A stretch of DNA of 64,000 nt, taken from Schmidtea nova. Lineage: Eukaryota. Below are positions 40,201 through 55,200 of the stretch, piece after piece. The notes below the pieces were generated by a model. The model searched no databases. It was not told the origin of the DNA and saw nothing but the letters and a program-made list of their open reading frames with translations. Location: NCBI GenBank assembly GCA_044892505.1, contig CM097882.1:251844001-251908000 (forward strand). Direction: 5' to 3'. Within the stretch, counting starts at the first letter, position 1. Each line of letters begins with the position of its first letter. A program made the translations under genes and the position numbers.

Positions 40201-43200
40201 GAAAATCATCAGAAGTAACTTCGACCTTATCTCCATCAGGCACATCAATTTCACAAACATCTCCTACAATTGCCTCAGAAACCAAATCCTCTACTGGTTC
40301 AGTACCGACTTCAAGTACTTCAGGAACAATTGAAACAAGTTCAAGTATGTCATCCACACCATTGTCTACTGGCACGTCAGAAAGAAGCTCGACTATCAAA
40401 TCATCAAGTGTATCAGAAATCAGTAGTACAGCTAGCACAGGAAAATCATCGGAAGTAACTTCGACCTTATCTCCATCAGGCACATCAATTTCACAAACAT
40501 CTCCCACAATTGCCTCAGAAACCAAATCCTCTACTGGTTCAGTACCGACTTCAAGTACTTCAGGAACAATTGAAACAAGTTCAAGTATGTCATCCACACC
40601 ATTGTCTACTGGCACGTCAGAAAGAAGCTCGACTATCAAATCATCAAGTGTATCAGAAATCAGTAGTACAGCTAGCACAGGAAAATCATCGGAAGTAACT
40701 TCGACCTTATCTCCATCAGGCACATCAATTTCACAAACATCTCCTACAATTGCCTCAGAAACCAAATCCTCTACTGGTTCAGTACCGACTTCAAGTACTT
40801 CAGGAACGATTGAAACAAGTTCAAGTATGTCATCCACACCATTGTCTACTGGCACGTCAGAAAGAAGCTCGACTATCAAATCATCAAGTGTATCAGAAAT
40901 CAGTAGTACAGCTAGCACAGGAAAATCATCGGAAGTAACTTCGACCTTATCTCCATCAGGCACATCAATTTCACAAACATCTCCTACAATTGCCTCAGAA
41001 ACCAAATCCTCTACTGGTTCAGTACCGACTTCAAGTACTTCAGGAACGATTGAAACAAGTTCAAGTATGTCATCCACACCATTGTCTACTGGCACGTCAG
41101 AAAGAAGCTCGACTATCAAATCATCAAGTGTATCAGAAATCAGTAGTACAGCTAGCACAGGAAAATCATCGGAAGTAACTTCGACCTTATCTCCATCAGG
41201 CACATCAATTTCACAAACATCTCCTACAATTGCCTCAGAAACCAAATCCTCTACTGGTTCAGTACCGACTTCAAGTACTTCAGGAACGATTGAAACAAGT
41301 TCAAGTATGTCATCCACACCATTGTCTACTGGCTCGTCAGAAAGAAGCTCGACTATCAAATCATCAAGTGTATCAGAAATCAGTAGTACAGCTAGCACAG
41401 GAAAATCATCGGAAGTAACTTCGACCTTATCTCCATCAGGCACATCAATTTCACAAACATCTCCCACAATTGCCTCAGAAACCAAATCCTCTACTGGTTC
41501 AGTACCGACTTCAAGTACTTCAGGAACAATTGAAACAAGTTCAAGTATGTCATCCACACCATTGTCTACTGGCACGTCAGAAAGAAGCTCGACTATCAAA
41601 TCATCAAGTGTATCAGAAATCAGTAGTACAGCTAGCACAGGAAAATCATCGGAAGTAACTTCGACCTTATCTCCATCAGGCACATCAATTTCACAAACAT
41701 CTCCTACAATTGCCTCAGAAACCAAATCCTCTACTGGTTCAGTACCGACTTCAAGTACTTCAGGAACGATTGAAACAAGTTCAAGTATGTCATCCACACC
41801 ATTGTCTACTGGCACGTCAGAAAGAAGCTCGACTATCAAATCATCAAGTGTATCAGAAATCAGTAGTACAGCTAGCACAGGAAAATCATCGGAAGTAACT
41901 TCGACCTTATCTCCATCAGGCACATCAATTTCACAAACATCTCCTACAATTGCCTCAGAAACCAAATCCTCTACTGGTTCAGTACCGACTTCAAGTACTT
42001 CAGGAACGATTGAAACAAGTTCAAGTATGTCATCCACACCATTGTCTACTGGCACGTCAGAAAGAAGCTCGACTATCAAATCATCAAGTGTATCAGAAAT
42101 CAGTAGTACAGCTATCACAGGAAAATCATCGGAAGTAACTTCGACCTTATCTCCATCAGGCACATCAATTTCACAAACATCTCCTACAATTGCCTCAGAA
42201 ACCAAATCCTCTACTGGTTCAGTACCGACTTCAAGTACTTCAGGAACGATTGAAACAAGTTCAAGTATGTCATCCACACCATTGTCTACTGTCTCGTCAG
42301 AAAGAAGCTCGACTATCAAATCATCAAGTGTATCAGAAATCAGTAGTACAGCTAGCACAGGAAAATCATCGGAAGTAACTTCGACCTTATCTCCATCAGG
42401 CACATCAATTTCACAAACATCTCCTACAATTGCCTCAGAAACCAAATCCTCTACTGGTTCAGTACCGACTTCAAGTACTTCAGGAACAATTGAAACAAGT
42501 TCAAGTATGTCATCCACACCATTGTCTACTGGCACGTCAGAAAGAAGCTCGACTATCAAATCATCAAGTGTATCAGAAATCAGTAGTACAGCTAGCACAG
42601 GAAAATCATCGGAAGTAACTTCGACCTTATCTCCATCAGGCACATCAATTTCACAAACATCTCCCACAATTGCCTCAGAAACCAAATCCTCTACTGGTTC
42701 AGTACCGACTTCAAGTACTTCAGGAACAATTGAAACAAGTTCAAGTATGTCATCCACACCATTGTCTACTGGCACGTCAGAAAGAAGCTCGACTATCAAA
42801 TCATCAAGTGTATCAGAAATCAGTAGTACAGCTAGCACAGGAAAATCATCGGAAGTAACTTCGACCTTATCTCCATCAGGCACATCAATTTCACAAACAT
42901 CTCCTACAATTGCCTCAGAAACCAAATCCTCTACTGGTTCAGTACCGACTTCAAGTACTTCAGGAACGATTGAAACAAGTTCAAGTATGTCATCCACACC
43001 ATTGTCTACTGGCACGTCAGAAAGAAGCTCGACTATCAAATCATCAAGTGTATCAGAAATCAGTAGTACAGCTAGCACAGGAAAATCATCGGAAGTAACT
43101 TCGACCTTATCTCCATCAGGCACATCAATTTCACAAACATCTCCTACAATTGCCTCAGAAACCAAATCCTCTACTGGTTCAGTACCGACTTCAAGTACTT

Positions 43201-46200
43201 CAGGAACGATTGAAACAAGTTCAAGTATGTCATCCACACCATTGTCTACTGGCACGTCAGAAAGAAGCTCGACTATCAAATCATCAAGTGTATCAGAAAT
43301 CAGTAGTACAGCTAGCACAGGAAAATCATCGGAAGTAACTTCGACCTTATCTCCATCAGGCACATCAATTTCACAAACATCTCCTACAATTGCCTCAGAA
43401 ACCAAATCCTCTACTGGTTCAGTACCAACTTCAAGTACTTCAGGAACGATTGAAACAAGTTCAAGTATGTCATCCACACCATTGTCTACTGGCACGTCAG
43501 AAAGAAGCTCGACTATCAAATCATCAAGTGTATCAGAAATCAGTAGTACAGCTAGCACAGGAAAATCATCGGAAGTAACTTCGACCTTATCTCCATCAGG
43601 CACATCAATTTCACAAACATCTCCTACAATTGCCTCAGAAACCAAATCCTCTACTGGTTCAGTACCGACTTCAAGTACTTCAGGAACGATTGAAACAAGT
43701 TCAAGTATGTCATCCACACCATTGTCTACTGGCACGTCAGAAAGAAGCTCGACTATCAAATCATCAAGTGTATCAGAAATCAGTAGTACAGCTAGCACAG
43801 GAAAATCATCGGAAGTAACTTCGACCTTATATCCATCAGGCACATCAATTTCACAAACATCTCCTACATATGCCTCAGAAACCAAATCCTCTACTGGTTC
43901 AGTACCGACTTCAAGTACTTCAGGAACGATTGAAACAAGTTCAAGTATGTCATCCACACCATTGTCTACTGGCACGTCAGAAAGAAGCTCGACTATCAAA
44001 TCATCAAGTGTATCAGAAATCAGTAGTACAGCTAGCACAGGAAAATCATCGGAAGTAACTTCGACCTTATCTCCATCAGGCACATCAATTTCACAAACAT
44101 CTCCCACAATTGCCTCAGAAACCAAATCCTCTACTGGTTCAGTACCGACTTCAAGTACTTCAGGAACGATTGAAACAAGTTCAAGTATGTCATCCACACC
44201 ATTGTCTACTGGCACGTCAGAAAGAAGCTCGACTATCAAATCATCAAGTGTATCAGAAATCAGTAGTACAGCTAGCACAGGAAAATCATCGGAAGTAACT
44301 TCGACCTTATCTCCATCAGGCACATCAATTTCACAAACATCTCCTACAATTGCCTCAGAAACCAAATCCTCTACTGGTTCAGTACCGACTTCAAGTACTT
44401 CAGGAACGATTGAAACAAGTTCAAGTATGTCATCCACACCATTGTCTACTGGCACGTCAGAAAGAAGCTCGACTATCAAATCATCAAGTGTATCAGAAAT
44501 CAGTAGTACAGCTAGCACAGGAAAATCATCGGAAGTAACTTCGACCTTATCTCCATCAGGCACATCAATTTCACAAACATCTCCTACAATTGCCTCAGAA
44601 ACCAAATCCTCTACTGGTTCAGTACCAACTTCAAGTACTTCAGGAACGATTGAAACAAGTTCAAGTATGTCATCCACACCATTGTCTACTGGCACGTCAG
44701 AAAGAAGCTCGACTATCAAATCATCAAGTGTATCAGAAATCAGTAGTACAGCTAGCACAGGAAAATCATCGGAAGTAACTTCGACCTTATCTCCATCAGG
44801 CACATCAATTTCACAAACATCTCCTACAATTGCCTCAGAAACCAAATCCTCTACTGGTTCAGTACCGACTTCAAGTACTTCAGGAACGATTGAAACAAGT
44901 TCAAGTATGTCATCCACACCATTGTCTACTGGCACGTCAGAAAGAAGCTCGACTATCAAATCATCAAGTGTATCAGAAATCAGTAGTACAGCTAGCACAG
45001 GAAAATCATCGGAAGTAACTTCGACCTTATATCCATCAGGCACATCAATTTCACAAACATCTCCTACATATGCCTCAGAAACCAAATCCTCTACTGGTTC
45101 AGTACCGACTTCAAGTACTTCAGGAACGATTGAAACAAGTTCAAGTATGTCATCCACACCATTGTCTACTGGCACGTCAGAAAGAAGCTCGACTATCAAA
45201 TCATCAAGTGTATCAGAAATCAGTAGTACAGCTAGCACAGGAAAATCATCGGAAGTAACTTCGACCTTATCTCCATCAGGCACATCAATTTCACAAACAT
45301 CTCCCACAATTGCCTCAGAAACCAAATCCTCTACTGGTTCAGTACCGACTTCAAGTACTTCAGGAACGATTGAAACAAGTTCAAGTATGTCATCCACACC
45401 ATTGTCTACTGGCACGTCAGAAAGAAGCTCGACTATCAAATCATCAAGTGTATCAGAAATCAGTAGTACAGCTAGCACAGGAAAATCATCGGAAGTAACT
45501 TCGACCTTATCTCCATCAGGCACATCAATTTCACAAACATCTCCTACAATTGCCTCAGAAACCAAATCCTCTACTGGTTCAGTACCGACTTCAAGTACTT
45601 CAGGAACGATTGAAACAAGTTCGAGTATGTCATCCACACCATTGTCTACTGGCACGTCAGAAAGAAGCTCGACTATCAAATCATCAAGTGTATCAGAAAT
45701 CAGTAGTACAGCTAGCACAGGAAAATCATCGGAAGTAACTTCGACCTTATCTCCATCAGGCACATCAATTTCACAAACATCTCCTACAATTGCCTCAGAA
45801 ACCAAATCCTCTACTGGTTCAGTACCGACTTCAAGTACTTCAGGAACGATTGAAACAAGTTCAAGTATGTCATCCACACCATTGTCTACTGGCACGTCAG
45901 AAAGAAGCTCGACTATCAAATCATCAAGTGTATCAGAAATCAGTAGTACAGCTAGCACAGGAAAATCATCGGAAGTAACTTCGACCTTATCTCCATCAGG
46001 CACATCAATTTCACAAACATCTCCTACAATTGCCTCAGAAACCAAATCCTCTACTGGTTCAGTACCGACTTCAAGTACTTCAGGAACGATTGAAACAAGT
46101 TCAAGTATGTCATCCACACCATTGTCTACTGGCACGTCAGAAAGAAGCTCGACTATCAAATCATCAAGTGTATCAGAAATCAGTAGTACAGCTAGCACAG

Positions 46201-49200
46201 GAAAATCATCGGAAGTAACTTCGACCTTATCTCCATCAGGCACATCAATTTCACAAACATCTCCTACAATTGCCTCAGAAACCAAATCCTCTACTGGTTC
46301 AGTACCGACTTCAATTACTTCAGGAACGATTGAAACAAGTTCAAGTATGTCATCCACACCATTGTCTACTGGCACGTCAGAAAGAAGCTCGACTATCAAA
46401 TCATCAAGTGTATCAGAAATCAGTAGTACAGCTAGCACAGGAAAATCATCGGAAGTAACTTCGACCTTATCTCCATCAGGCACATCAATTTCACAAACAT
46501 CTCCTACAATTGCCTCAGAAACCAAATCCTCTACTGGTTCAGTACCGACTTCAAGTACTTCAGGAACGATTGAAACAAGTTCAAGTATGTCATCCACACC
46601 ATTGTCTACTGGCACGTCAGAAAGAAGCTCGACTATCAAATCATCAAGTGTATCAGAAATCAGTAGTACAGCTAGCACAGGAAAATCATCGGAAGTAACT
46701 TCGACCTTATCTCCATCAGGCACATCAATTTCACAAACATCTCCTACAATTGCCTCAGAAACCAAATCCTCTACTGGTTCAGTACCGACTTCAAGTACTT
46801 CAGGAACGATTGAAACAAGTTCAAGTATGTCATCCACACCATTGTCTACTGGCACGTCAGAAAGAAGCTCGACTATCAAATCATCAAGTGTATCAGAAAT
46901 CAGTAGTACAGCTAGCACAGGAAAATCATCGGAAGTAACTTCGACCTTATCTCCATCAGGCACATCAATTTCACAAACATCTCCTACAATTGCCTCAGAA
47001 ACCAAATCCTCTACTGGTTCAGTACCGACTTCAATTACTTCAGGAACGATTGAAACAAGTTCAAGTATGTCATCCAAACCATTGTCTACTGGCACGTCAG
47101 AAAGAAGCTCGACTATCAAATCATCAAGTGTATCAGAAATCAGTAGTACAGCTAGCACAGGAAAATCATCGGAAGTAACTTCGACCTTATCTCCATCAGG
47201 CACATCAATTTCACAAACATCTCCTACAATTGCCTCAGAAACCAAATCCTCTACTGGTTCAGTACCGACTTCAAGTACTTCAGGAACGATTGAAACAAGT
47301 TCAAGTATGTCATCCACACCATTGTCTACTGGCACGTCAGAAAGAAGCTCGACTATCAAATCATCAAGTGTATCAGAAATCAGTAGTACAGCTAACACAG
47401 GAAAATCATCGGAAGTAACTTCGACCTTATCTCCATCAGGCACATCAATTTCACAAACATCTCCTACAATTGCCTCAGAAACCAAATCCTCTACTGGTTC
47501 AGTACCGACTTCAAGTACTTCAGGAACGATTGAAACAAGTTCAAGTATGTCATCCACACCATTGTCTACTGGCACGTCAGAAAGAAGCTCGACTATCAAA
47601 TCATCAAGTGTATCAGAAATCAGTAGTAGAGCTAGCACAGGAAAATCATCGGAAGTAACTTCGACCTTATCTCCATCAGGCACATCAATTTCACAAACAT
47701 CTCCTACAATTGCCTCAGAAACCAAATCCTCTACTGGTTCAGTACCGACTTCAAGTACTTCAGGAACCATTGAAACAAGTTCAAGTATGTCATCCACACC
47801 ATTGTCTACTGGCACGTCAGAAAGAAGCTCGACTATCAAATCATCAAGTGTATCAGAAACCAGTAGTACAGCTAGCACAGGAAAATCATCGGAAGTAACT
47901 TCGACCTTATCTCCATCAGGCACATCAATTTCACAAACATCTCCTACAATTGCCTCAGAAACCAAATCCTCTACTGGTTCAGTACCGACTTCAAGTACTT
48001 CAGGAACGATTGAAACAAGTTCAAGTATGTCATCCACACCATTGTCTACTGGCACGTCAGAAAGAAGCTCGACTATCAAATCATCAAGTGTATCAGAAAT
48101 CAGTAGTACAGCTAGCACAGGAAAATCATCGGAAGTAACTTCGACCTTATCTCCATCAGGCACATCAATTTCACAAACATCTCCTACAATTGCCTCAGAA
48201 ACCAAATCCTCTACTGGTTCAGTACCGACTTCAAGTACTTCAGGAACGATTGAAACAAGTTCAAGTATGTCATCCACACCATTGTCTACTGGCACGTCAG
48301 AAAGAAGCTCGACTATCAAATCATCAAGTGTATCAGAAATCAGTAGTACAGCTAGCACAGGAAAATCATCGGAAGTAACTTCGACCTTATCTCCATCAGG
48401 CACATCAATTTCACAAACATCTCCTACAATTGCCTCAGAAACCAAATCCTCTACTGGTTCAGTACCGACTTCAAGTACTTCAGGAACGATTGAAACAAGT
48501 TCAAGTATGTCATCCACACCATTGTCTACTGGCACGTCAGAAAGAAGCTCGACTATCAAATCATCAAGTGTATCAGAAATCAGTAGTACAGCTAGCACAG
48601 GAAAATCATCGGAAGTAACTTCGACCTTATCTCCATCAGGCACATCAATTTCACAAACATCTCCTACAATTGCCTCAGAAACCAAATCCTCTACTGGTTC
48701 AGTACCGACTTCAAGTACTTCAGGAACGATTGAAACAAGTTCAAGTATGTCATCCACACCATTGTCTACTGGCACGTCAGAAAGAAGCTCGACTATCAAA
48801 TCATCAAGTGTATCAGAAATCAGTAGTACAGCTAGCACAGGAAAATCATCGGAAGTAACTTCGACCTTATCTCCATCAGGCACATCAATTTCACAAACAT
48901 CTCCTACAATTGCCTCAGAAACCAAATCCTCTACTGGTTCAGTACCGACTTCAAGTACTTCAGGAACGATTGAAACAAGTTCAAGTATGTCATCCACACC
49001 ATTGTCTACTGGCACGTCAGAAAGAAGCTCGACTATCAAATCATCAAGTGTATCAGAAATCAGTAGTACAGCTAGCACAGGAAAATCATCGGAAGTAACT
49101 TCGACCTTATCTCCATCAGGCACATCAATTTCACAAACATCTCCTACAATTGCCTCAGAAACCAAATCCTCTACTGGTTCAGTACCGACTTCAAGTACTT

Positions 49201-52200
49201 CAGGAACGATTGAAACAAGTTCAAGTATGTCATCCACACCATTGTCTACTGGCACGTCAGAAAGAAGCTCGACTATCAAATCATCAAGTGTATCAGAAAT
49301 CAGTAGTACAGCTAGCACAGGAAAATCATCGGAAGTAACTTCGACCTTATCTCCATCAGGCACATCAATTTCACAAACATCTCCTACAATTGCCTCAGAA
49401 ACCAAATCCTCTACTGGTTCAGTACCGACTTCAAGTACTTCAGGAACGATTGAAACAAGTTCAAGTATGTCATCCACACCATTGTCTACTGGCACGTCAG
49501 AAAGAAGCTCGACTATCAAATCATCAAGTGTATCAGAAATCAGTAGTACAGCTAGCACAGGAAAATCATCGGAAGTAACTTCGACCTTATCTCCATCAGG
49601 CACATCAATTTCACAAACATCTCCTACAATTGCCTCAGAAACCAAATCCTCTACTGGTTCAGTACCGACTTCAAGTACTTCAGGAACGATTGAAACAAGT
49701 TCAAGTATGTCATCCACACCATTGTCTACTGGCACGTCAGAAAGAAGCTCGACTATCAAATCATCAAGTGTATCAGAAATCAGTAGTACAGCTAGCACAG
49801 GAAAATCATCGGAAGTAACTTCGACCTTATCTCCATCAGGCACATCAATTTCACAAACATCTCCTACAATTGCCTCAGAAACCAAATCCTCTACTGGTTC
49901 AGTACCGACTTCAAGTACTTCAGGAACGATTGAAACAAGTTCAAGTATGTCATCCACACCATTGTCTACTGGCACGTCAGAAAGAAGCTCGACTATCAAA
50001 TCATCAAGTGTATCAGAAATCAGTAGTACAGCTAGCACAGGAAAATCATCGGAAGTAACTTCGACCTTATCTCCATCAGGCACATCAATTTCACAAACAT
50101 CTCCTACAATTGCCTCAGAAACCAAATCCTCTACTGGTTCAGTACCGACTTCAAGTACTTCAGGAACGATTGAAACAAGTTCAAGTATGTCATCCACACC
50201 ATTGTCTACTGGCACGTCAGAAAGAAGCTCGACTATCAAATCATCAAGTGTATCAGAAATCAGTAGTACAGCTAGCACAGGAAAATCATCGGAAGTAACT
50301 TCGACCTTATCTCCATCAGGCACATCAATTTCACAAACATCTCCTACAATTGCCTCAGAAACCAAATCCTCTACTGGTTCAGTACCGACTTCAAGTACTT
50401 CAGGAACGATTGAAACAAGTTCAAGTATGTCATCCACACCATTGTCTACTGGCACGTCAGAAAGAAGCTCGACTATCAAATCATCAAGTGTATCAGAAAT
50501 CAGTAGTACAGCTAGCACAGGAAAATCATCGGAAGTAACTTCGACCTTATCTCCATCAGGCACATCAATTTCACAAACATCTCCTACAATTGCCTCAGAA
50601 ACCAAATCCTCTACTGGTTCAGTACCGACTTCAAGTACTTCAGGAACGATTGAAACAAGTTCAAGTATGTCATCCACACCATTGTCTACTGGCACGTCAG
50701 AAAGAAGCTCGACTATCAAATCATCAAGTGTATCAGAAATCAGTAGTACAGCTAGCACAGGAAAATCATCGGAAGTAACTTCGACCTTATCTCCATCAGG
50801 CACATCAATTTCACAAACATCTCCTACAATTGCCTCAGAAACCAAATCCTCTACTGGTTCAGTACCGACTTCAAGTACTTCAGGAACGATTGAAACAAGT
50901 TCAAGTATGTCATCCACACCATTGTCTACTGGCACGTCAGAAAGAAGCTCGACTATCAAATCATCAAGTGTATCAGAAATCAGTAGTACAGCTAGCACAG
51001 GAAAATCATCGGAAGTAACTTCGACCTTATCTCCATCAGGCACATCAATTTCACAAACATCTCCTACAATTGCCTCAGAAACCAAATCCTCTACTGGTTC
51101 AGTACCGACTTCAAGTACTTCAGGAACGATTGAAACAAGTTCAAGTATGTCATCCACACCATTGTCTACTGGCACGTCAGAAAGAAGCTCGACTATCAAA
51201 TCATCAAGTGTATCAGAAATCAGTAGTACAGCTAGCACAGGAAAATCATCGGAAGTAACTTCGACCTTATCTCCATCAGGCACATCAATTTCACAAACAT
51301 CTCCTACAATTGCCTCAGAAACCAAATCCTCTACTGGTTCAGTACCGACTTCAAGTACTTCAGGAACGATTGAAACAAGTTCAAGTATGTCATCCACACC
51401 ATTGTCTACTGGCACGTCAGAAAGAAGCTCGACTATCAAATCATCAAGTGTATCAGAAATCAGTAGTACAGCTAGCACAGGAAAATCATCGGAAGTAACT
51501 TCGACCTTATCTCCATCAGGCACATCAATTTCACAAACATCTCCTACAATTGCCTCAGAAACCAAATCCTCTACTGGTTCAGTACCGACTTCAAGTACTT
51601 CAGGAACGATTGAAACAAGTTCAAGTATGTCATCCACACCATTGTCTACTGGCACGTCAGAAAGAAGCTCGACTATCAAATCATCAAGTGTATCAGAAAT
51701 CAGTAGTACAGCTAGCACAGGAAAATCATCGGAAGTAACTTCGACCTTATCTCCATCAGGCACATCAATTTCACAAACATCTCCTACAATTGCCTCAGAA
51801 ACCAAATCCTCTACTGGTTCAGTACCGACTTCAAGTACTTCAGGAACGATTGAAACAAGTTCAAGTATGTCATCCACACCATTGTCTACTGGCACGTCAG
51901 AAAGAAGCTCGACTATCAAATCATCAAGTGTATCAGAAATCAGTAGTACAGCTAGCACAGGAAAATCATCGGAAGTAACTTCGACCTTATCTCCATCAGG
52001 CACATCAATTTCACAAACATCTCCTACAATTGCCTCAGAAACCAAATCCTCTACTGGTTCAGTACCGACTTCAAGTACTTCAGGAACGATTGAAACAAGT
52101 TCAAGTATGTCATCCACACCATTGTCTACTGGCACGTCAGAAAGAAGCTCGACTATCAAATCATCAAGTGTATCAGAAATCAGTAGTACAGCTAGCACAG

Positions 52201-55200
52201 GAAAATCATCGGAAGTAACTTCGACCTTATCTCCATCAGGCACATCAATTTCACAAACATCTCCTACAATTGCCTCAGAAACCAAATCCTCTACTGGTTC
52301 AGTACCGACTTCAAGTACTTCAGGAACGATTGAAACAAGTTCAAGTATGTCATCCACACCATTGTCTACTGGCACGTCAGAAAGAAGCTCGACTATCAAA
52401 TCATCAAGTGTATCAGAAATCAGTAGTACAGCTAGCACAGGAAAATCATCGGAAGTAACTTCGACCTTATCTCCATCAGGCACATCAATTTCACAAACAT
52501 CTCCTACAATTGCCTCAGAAACCAAATCCTCTACTGGTTCAGTACCGACTTCAAGTACTTCAGGAACGATTGAAACAAGTTCAAGTATGTCATCCACACC
52601 ATTGTCTACTGGCACGTCAGAAAGAAGCTCGACTATCAAATCATCAAGTGTATCAGAAATCAGTAGTACAGCTAGCACAGGAAAATCATCGGAAGTAACT
52701 TCGACCTTATCTCCATCAGGCACATCAATTTCACAAACATCTCCTACAATTGCCTCAGAAACCAAATCCTCTACTGGTTCAGTACCGACTTCAAGTACTT
52801 CAGGAACGATTGAAACAAGTTCAAGTATGTCATCCACACCATTGTCTACTGGCACGTCAGAAAGAAGCTCGACTATCAAATCATCAAGTGTATCAGAAAT
52901 CAGTAGTACAGCTAGCACAGGAAAATCATCGGAAGTAACTTCGACCTTATCTCCATCAGGCACATCAATTTCACAAACATCTCCTACAATTGCCTCAGAA
53001 ACCAAATCCTCTACTGGTTCAGTACCGACTTCAAGTACTTCAGGAACGATTGAAACAAGTTCAAGTATGTCATCCACACCATTGTCTACTGGCACGTCAG
53101 AAAGAAGCTCGACTATCAAATCATCAAGTGTATCAGAAATCAGTAGTACAGCTAGCACAGGAAAATCATCGGAAGTAACTTCGACCTTATCTCCATCAGG
53201 CACATCAATTTCACAAACATCTCCTACAATTGCCTCAGAAACCAAATCCTCTACTGGTTCAGTACCGACTTCAAGTACTTCAGGAACGATTGAAACAAGT
53301 TCAAGTATGTCATCCACACCATTGTCTACTGGCACGTCAGAAAGAAGCTCGACTATCAAATCATCAAGTGTATCAGAAATCAGTAGTACAGCTAGCACAG
53401 GAAAATCATCGGAAGTAACTTCGACCTTATCTCCATCAGGCACATCAATTTCACAAACATCTCCTACAATTGCCTCAGAAACCAAATCCTCTACTGGTTC
53501 AGTACCGACTTCAAGTACTTCAGGAACGATTGAAACAAGTTCAAGTATGTCATCCACACCATTGTCTACTGGCACGTCAGAAAGAAGCTCGACTATCAAA
53601 TCATCAAGTGTATCAGAAATCAGTAGTACAGCTAGCACAGGAAAATCATCGGAAGTAACTTCGACCTTATCTCCATCAGGCACATCAATTTCACAAACAT
53701 CTCCTACAATTGCCTCAGAAACCAAATCCTCTACTGGTTCAGTACCGACTTCAAGTACTTCAGGAACGATTGAAACAAGTTCAAGTATGTCATCCACACC
53801 ATTGTCTACTGGCACGTCAGAAAGAAGCTCGACTATCAAATCATCAAGTGTATCAGAAATCAGTAGTACAGCTAGCACAGGAAAATCATCGGAAGTAACT
53901 TCGACCTTATCTCCATCAGGCACATCAATTTCACAAACATCTCCTACAATTGCCTCAGAAACCAAATCCTCTACTGGTTCAGTACCGACTTCAAGTACTT
54001 CAGGAACGATTGAAACAAGTTCAAGTATGTCATCCACACCATTGTCTACTGGCACGTCAGAAAGAAGCTCGACTATCAAATCATCAAGTGTATCAGAAAT
54101 CAGTAGTACAGCTAGCACAGGAAAATCATCGGAAGTAACTTCGACCTTATCTCCATCAGGCACATCAATTTCACAAACATCTCCTACAATTGCCTCAGAA
54201 ACCAAATCCTCTACTGGTTCAGTACCGACTTCAAGTACTTCAGGAACGATTGAAACAAGTTCAAGTATGTCATCCACACCATTGTCTACTGGCACGTCAG
54301 AAAGAAGCTCGACTATCAAATCATCAAGTGTATCAGAAATCAGTAGTACAGCTAGCACAGGAAAATCATCGGAAGTAACTTCGACCTTATCTCCATCAGG
54401 CACATCAATTTCACAAACATCTCCTACAATTGCCTCAGAAACCAAATCCTCTACTGGTTCAGTACCGACTTCAAGTACTTCAGGAACGATTGAAACAAGT
54501 TCAAGTATGTCATCCACACCATTGTCTACTGGCACGTCAGAAAGAAGCTCGACTATCAAATCATCAAGTGTATCAGAAATCAGTAGTACAGCTAGCACAG
54601 GAAAATCATCGGAAGTAACTTCGACCTTATCTCCATCAGGCACATCAATTTCACAAACATCTCCTACAATTGCCTCAGAAACCAAATCCTCTACTGGTTC
54701 AGTACCGACTTCAAGTACTTCAGGAACGATTGAAACAAGTTCAAGTATGTCATCCACACCATTGTCTACTGGCACGTCAGAAAGAAGCTCGACTATCAAA
54801 TCATCAAGTGTATCAGAAATCAGTAGTACAGCTAGCACAGGAAAATCATCGGAAGTAACTTCGACCTTATCTCCATCAGGCACATCAATTTCACAAACAT
54901 CTCCTACAATTGCCTCAGAAACCAAATCCTCTACTGGTTCAGTACCGACTTCAAGTACTTCAGGAACGATTGAAACAAGTTCAAGTATGTCATCCACACC
55001 ATTGTCTACTGGCACGTCAGAAAGAAGCTCGACTATCAAATCATCAAGTGTATCAGAAATCAGTAGTACAGCTAGCACAGGAAAATCATCGGAAGTAACT
55101 TCGACCTTATCTCCATCAGGCACATCAATTTCACAAACATCTCCTACAATTGCCTCAGAAACCAAATCCTCTACTGGTTCAGTACCGACTTCAAGTACTT

